In this document: positions 62,901-64,000 of the stretch, one piece after another | Layout of the letters: the number at the start of each line of letters is the position of its first letter | Position numbering within the stretch: the first letter of the stretch is position 1 | Assembly: GCA_964016885.1 (NCBI GenBank) | Contig: OZ024744.1 | Coordinates: 101,742,001 to 101,806,000 of the forward strand | Source of the DNA: Eledone cirrhosa | Taxonomy: Eukaryota | Direction: 5' to 3' | Length of the DNA: 64,000 nucleotides | Program-made: the position numbers and the translations under genes | Notes under the pieces: generated by a model | Told to the model about the DNA's origin: nothing | Databases searched by the model: none | The model's input: only the letters and a program-made list of their open reading frames with translations

Positions 62901-64000
62901 TATTTTTTATTTGTTTATTGTTGGCTTTGTTTATTGTTGGTTTTTTTATTGTTGGTTTGTTTATTGTTGGCTTTGTTTATTGTTGGTTTGTTTATTGTTC
63001 GCTTTCTTTATTGTTGGTTTGTTTATTATTGGCTTTGTTTATTGTTGGTTTGTTTATTGTTGGCTTTGTTTATTGTTGGTTTGTTTATTGTTGGTTTGTT
63101 TATTGTTGGCTTTGTTTATTGTTGGCTTTGTTTATTGTTGGTTTGTTTATTATTGGCTTTGTTTATTGTTGTTTTGCTTATGTGTGGCTTTGTTTATTGT
63201 TGGTTTGTTTATTGTTGGCTTTGTTTATTGTTGGTTTGTTTATTATTGGCTTTAATTATTGTTGGTTTGTCTATTGTTGGCTTTGTTTATTGTTGGTTTG
63301 TTTATTGTTGGCTTTGTTTATTGTTGGTTTGTTTATTGTTGGCTTTGTTTATTATGGGTTTGTTTATTGTTGGCTTTTTTTATTGTTGGTTTCTTTATTG
63401 TTGGCTTTGTTTATTGTTCGTTTGTTTATTGTTGGTTTGTTTATTGTTGGCTTTGTTTATTGTTGGTTCGTTTATTGTTGGCTTTGTTTATTTTTGGTTT
63501 GTTTATTACTGGCTTTGTTTATTGTTGGTTTCTTTATTTGTCGGCTTTGTTTATTGTTGGTTTGTTTATTGTTGGCTTTGTTTATTGTTGGGTTTTTTAT
63601 TGCAGGCTTCGTTTAATGTTGGTTTGTTTTATTGTTGGCTTTGTTTATTTTTGGTTCCTTTATTGTTGGCTTTGTTTATTGTTTGTTTGTTTATTGTTGG
63701 CTTTGTTTATTGTTGGTTTGTTTATTGATGGCTTTTTTATTGTTGGTTTGTTTATTGTTGGCTTTGTTTATTGTTGGTTTGTTTATTATTGGCTTTGTTT
63801 ATTGTTGGTTTCTTTATTGTTGGCTTTGTTTATTGATGGTTTGTTTATTGTTGGCTTTGTTTATTGTTGGTTTGTTTATTGGTGGCTTTGTTTATTGTTG
63901 GTTTGTTTATTGTTGGCTTTGTTTATTGATGGCTTTGTTTATTGTTGGTTTGTTTATTATTGGCTTTAATTATTGTTGGTTTGTCTATTGTTGGCTTTCT

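Larger units (their letters stand above)
946..63680 (+). repeat. Degenerate higher-order repeat (about 1.5-2 kb, about 100 monomers) marked by the landmark GGGTTTTTTATTGCAGGCTTTGTTTAATGTTGGTTTGTTTTATTG...TTTTTGGTTCCTTT
   Basis: About 41 copies of the (T)GCAGG landmark counted by eye and from ORFs ending AGFV/AGFI (e.g. 946, 2912, 4979, 12248, 19220, 31328, 46546, 48368, 50455, 51938, 62066, 63601). Other variant monomers recur around it in a conserved order. Confidence 0.85.
1..64000 (+). repeat. Tandem satellite DNA array of 15-bp (TTTGTTTATTGTTGG) and 16-bp (CTTTGTTTATTGTTGG) monomers, mostly alternating as a 31-bp dimer; runs off both window ends
   Basis: Read directly: every line consists of these two monomers or point/indel variants of them, all head-to-tail in one orientation. 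No non-repeat insertion was seen. Confidence 0.99.

Noticed and set aside
5-63969. Hundreds of + strand ORFs up to 1,006 aa encoding hydrophobic LFIVG/FVYCW/VCLLL repeats that resemble membrane proteins
   Set aside because: The + consensus has no stop codon in any frame, so all three frames are open at once. Starts are mostly TTG, ends fall at sporadic variants, 31 is not a multiple of 3, and 1-bp and 16-bp indels are tolerated. There is no sign of coding constraint.
1-64000. CRISPR array (31-bp period is in the direct-repeat size range)
   Set aside because: No unique spacers between repeats, no palindromic repeat, no leader or cas genes.
1-64000. Direct product of telomerase or another template-reiterating reverse transcriptase
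   Set aside because: Variants are inherited in ordered kb-scale blocks, which indicates DNA-level duplication rather than de novo copying of a short template. No enzyme or template gene is in the window.
1-64000. G-quadruplex or hairpin/cruciform-forming array
   Set aside because: Only GG doublets separated by 13-14 nt and rare GGG. The strand has almost no A or C for self-pairing, and no inverted copies were seen.
1-64000. Pure sequencing artefact (low-complexity basecalling or bisulfite-converted DNA, given the C depletion)
   Set aside because: Specific rare variants recur precisely in duplicated blocks, non-CpG C is retained at a fixed position (GGC), and A is depleted as well as C. Individual block copy numbers could still be misassembled.
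1-64000. 15/16-mer order as an information-bearing binary code or variant cassette library
   Set aside because: The pattern is explained by default alternation plus duplication and deletion of HOR segments. No recombinase sites, expression locus or reader is evident.

Overview
The whole 64 kb window is one uninterrupted, single-orientation tandem satellite array. I found no genes, RNA genes, transposons, CRISPR spacers or unique flanking DNA. It is built from a 15-bp monomer TTTGTTTATTGTTGG and a 16-bp monomer CTTTGTTTATTGTTGG that mostly alternate, giving a 31-bp dimer (consensus T20 G8 A2 C1, about 29% GC, extreme T/G versus A/C strand asymmetry, roughly 4,100 monomers). All ORFs in the track are artefacts: the + strand consensus has no stop codon in any frame. 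Above the monomer the array is hierarchical. There is a 7-9 bp TTGTT sub-period, an ancestral higher-order repeat (HOR) of about 1.5-2 kb marked by an ordered series of variant monomers, nested tandem block duplications with periods of about 5,593, 3,344, 4,124/4,788, 3,801 and 5,392 bp, a possible ~43 kb super-period, and a more diverged zone at 57-64 kb. It most resembles eukaryotic heterochromatic (centromeric, pericentromeric or subtelomeric) satellite DNA, but I cannot identify the organism or family. The sequence gives no direct support for a new coding system. The interesting content is the repeat architecture and the motif content of the monomer.
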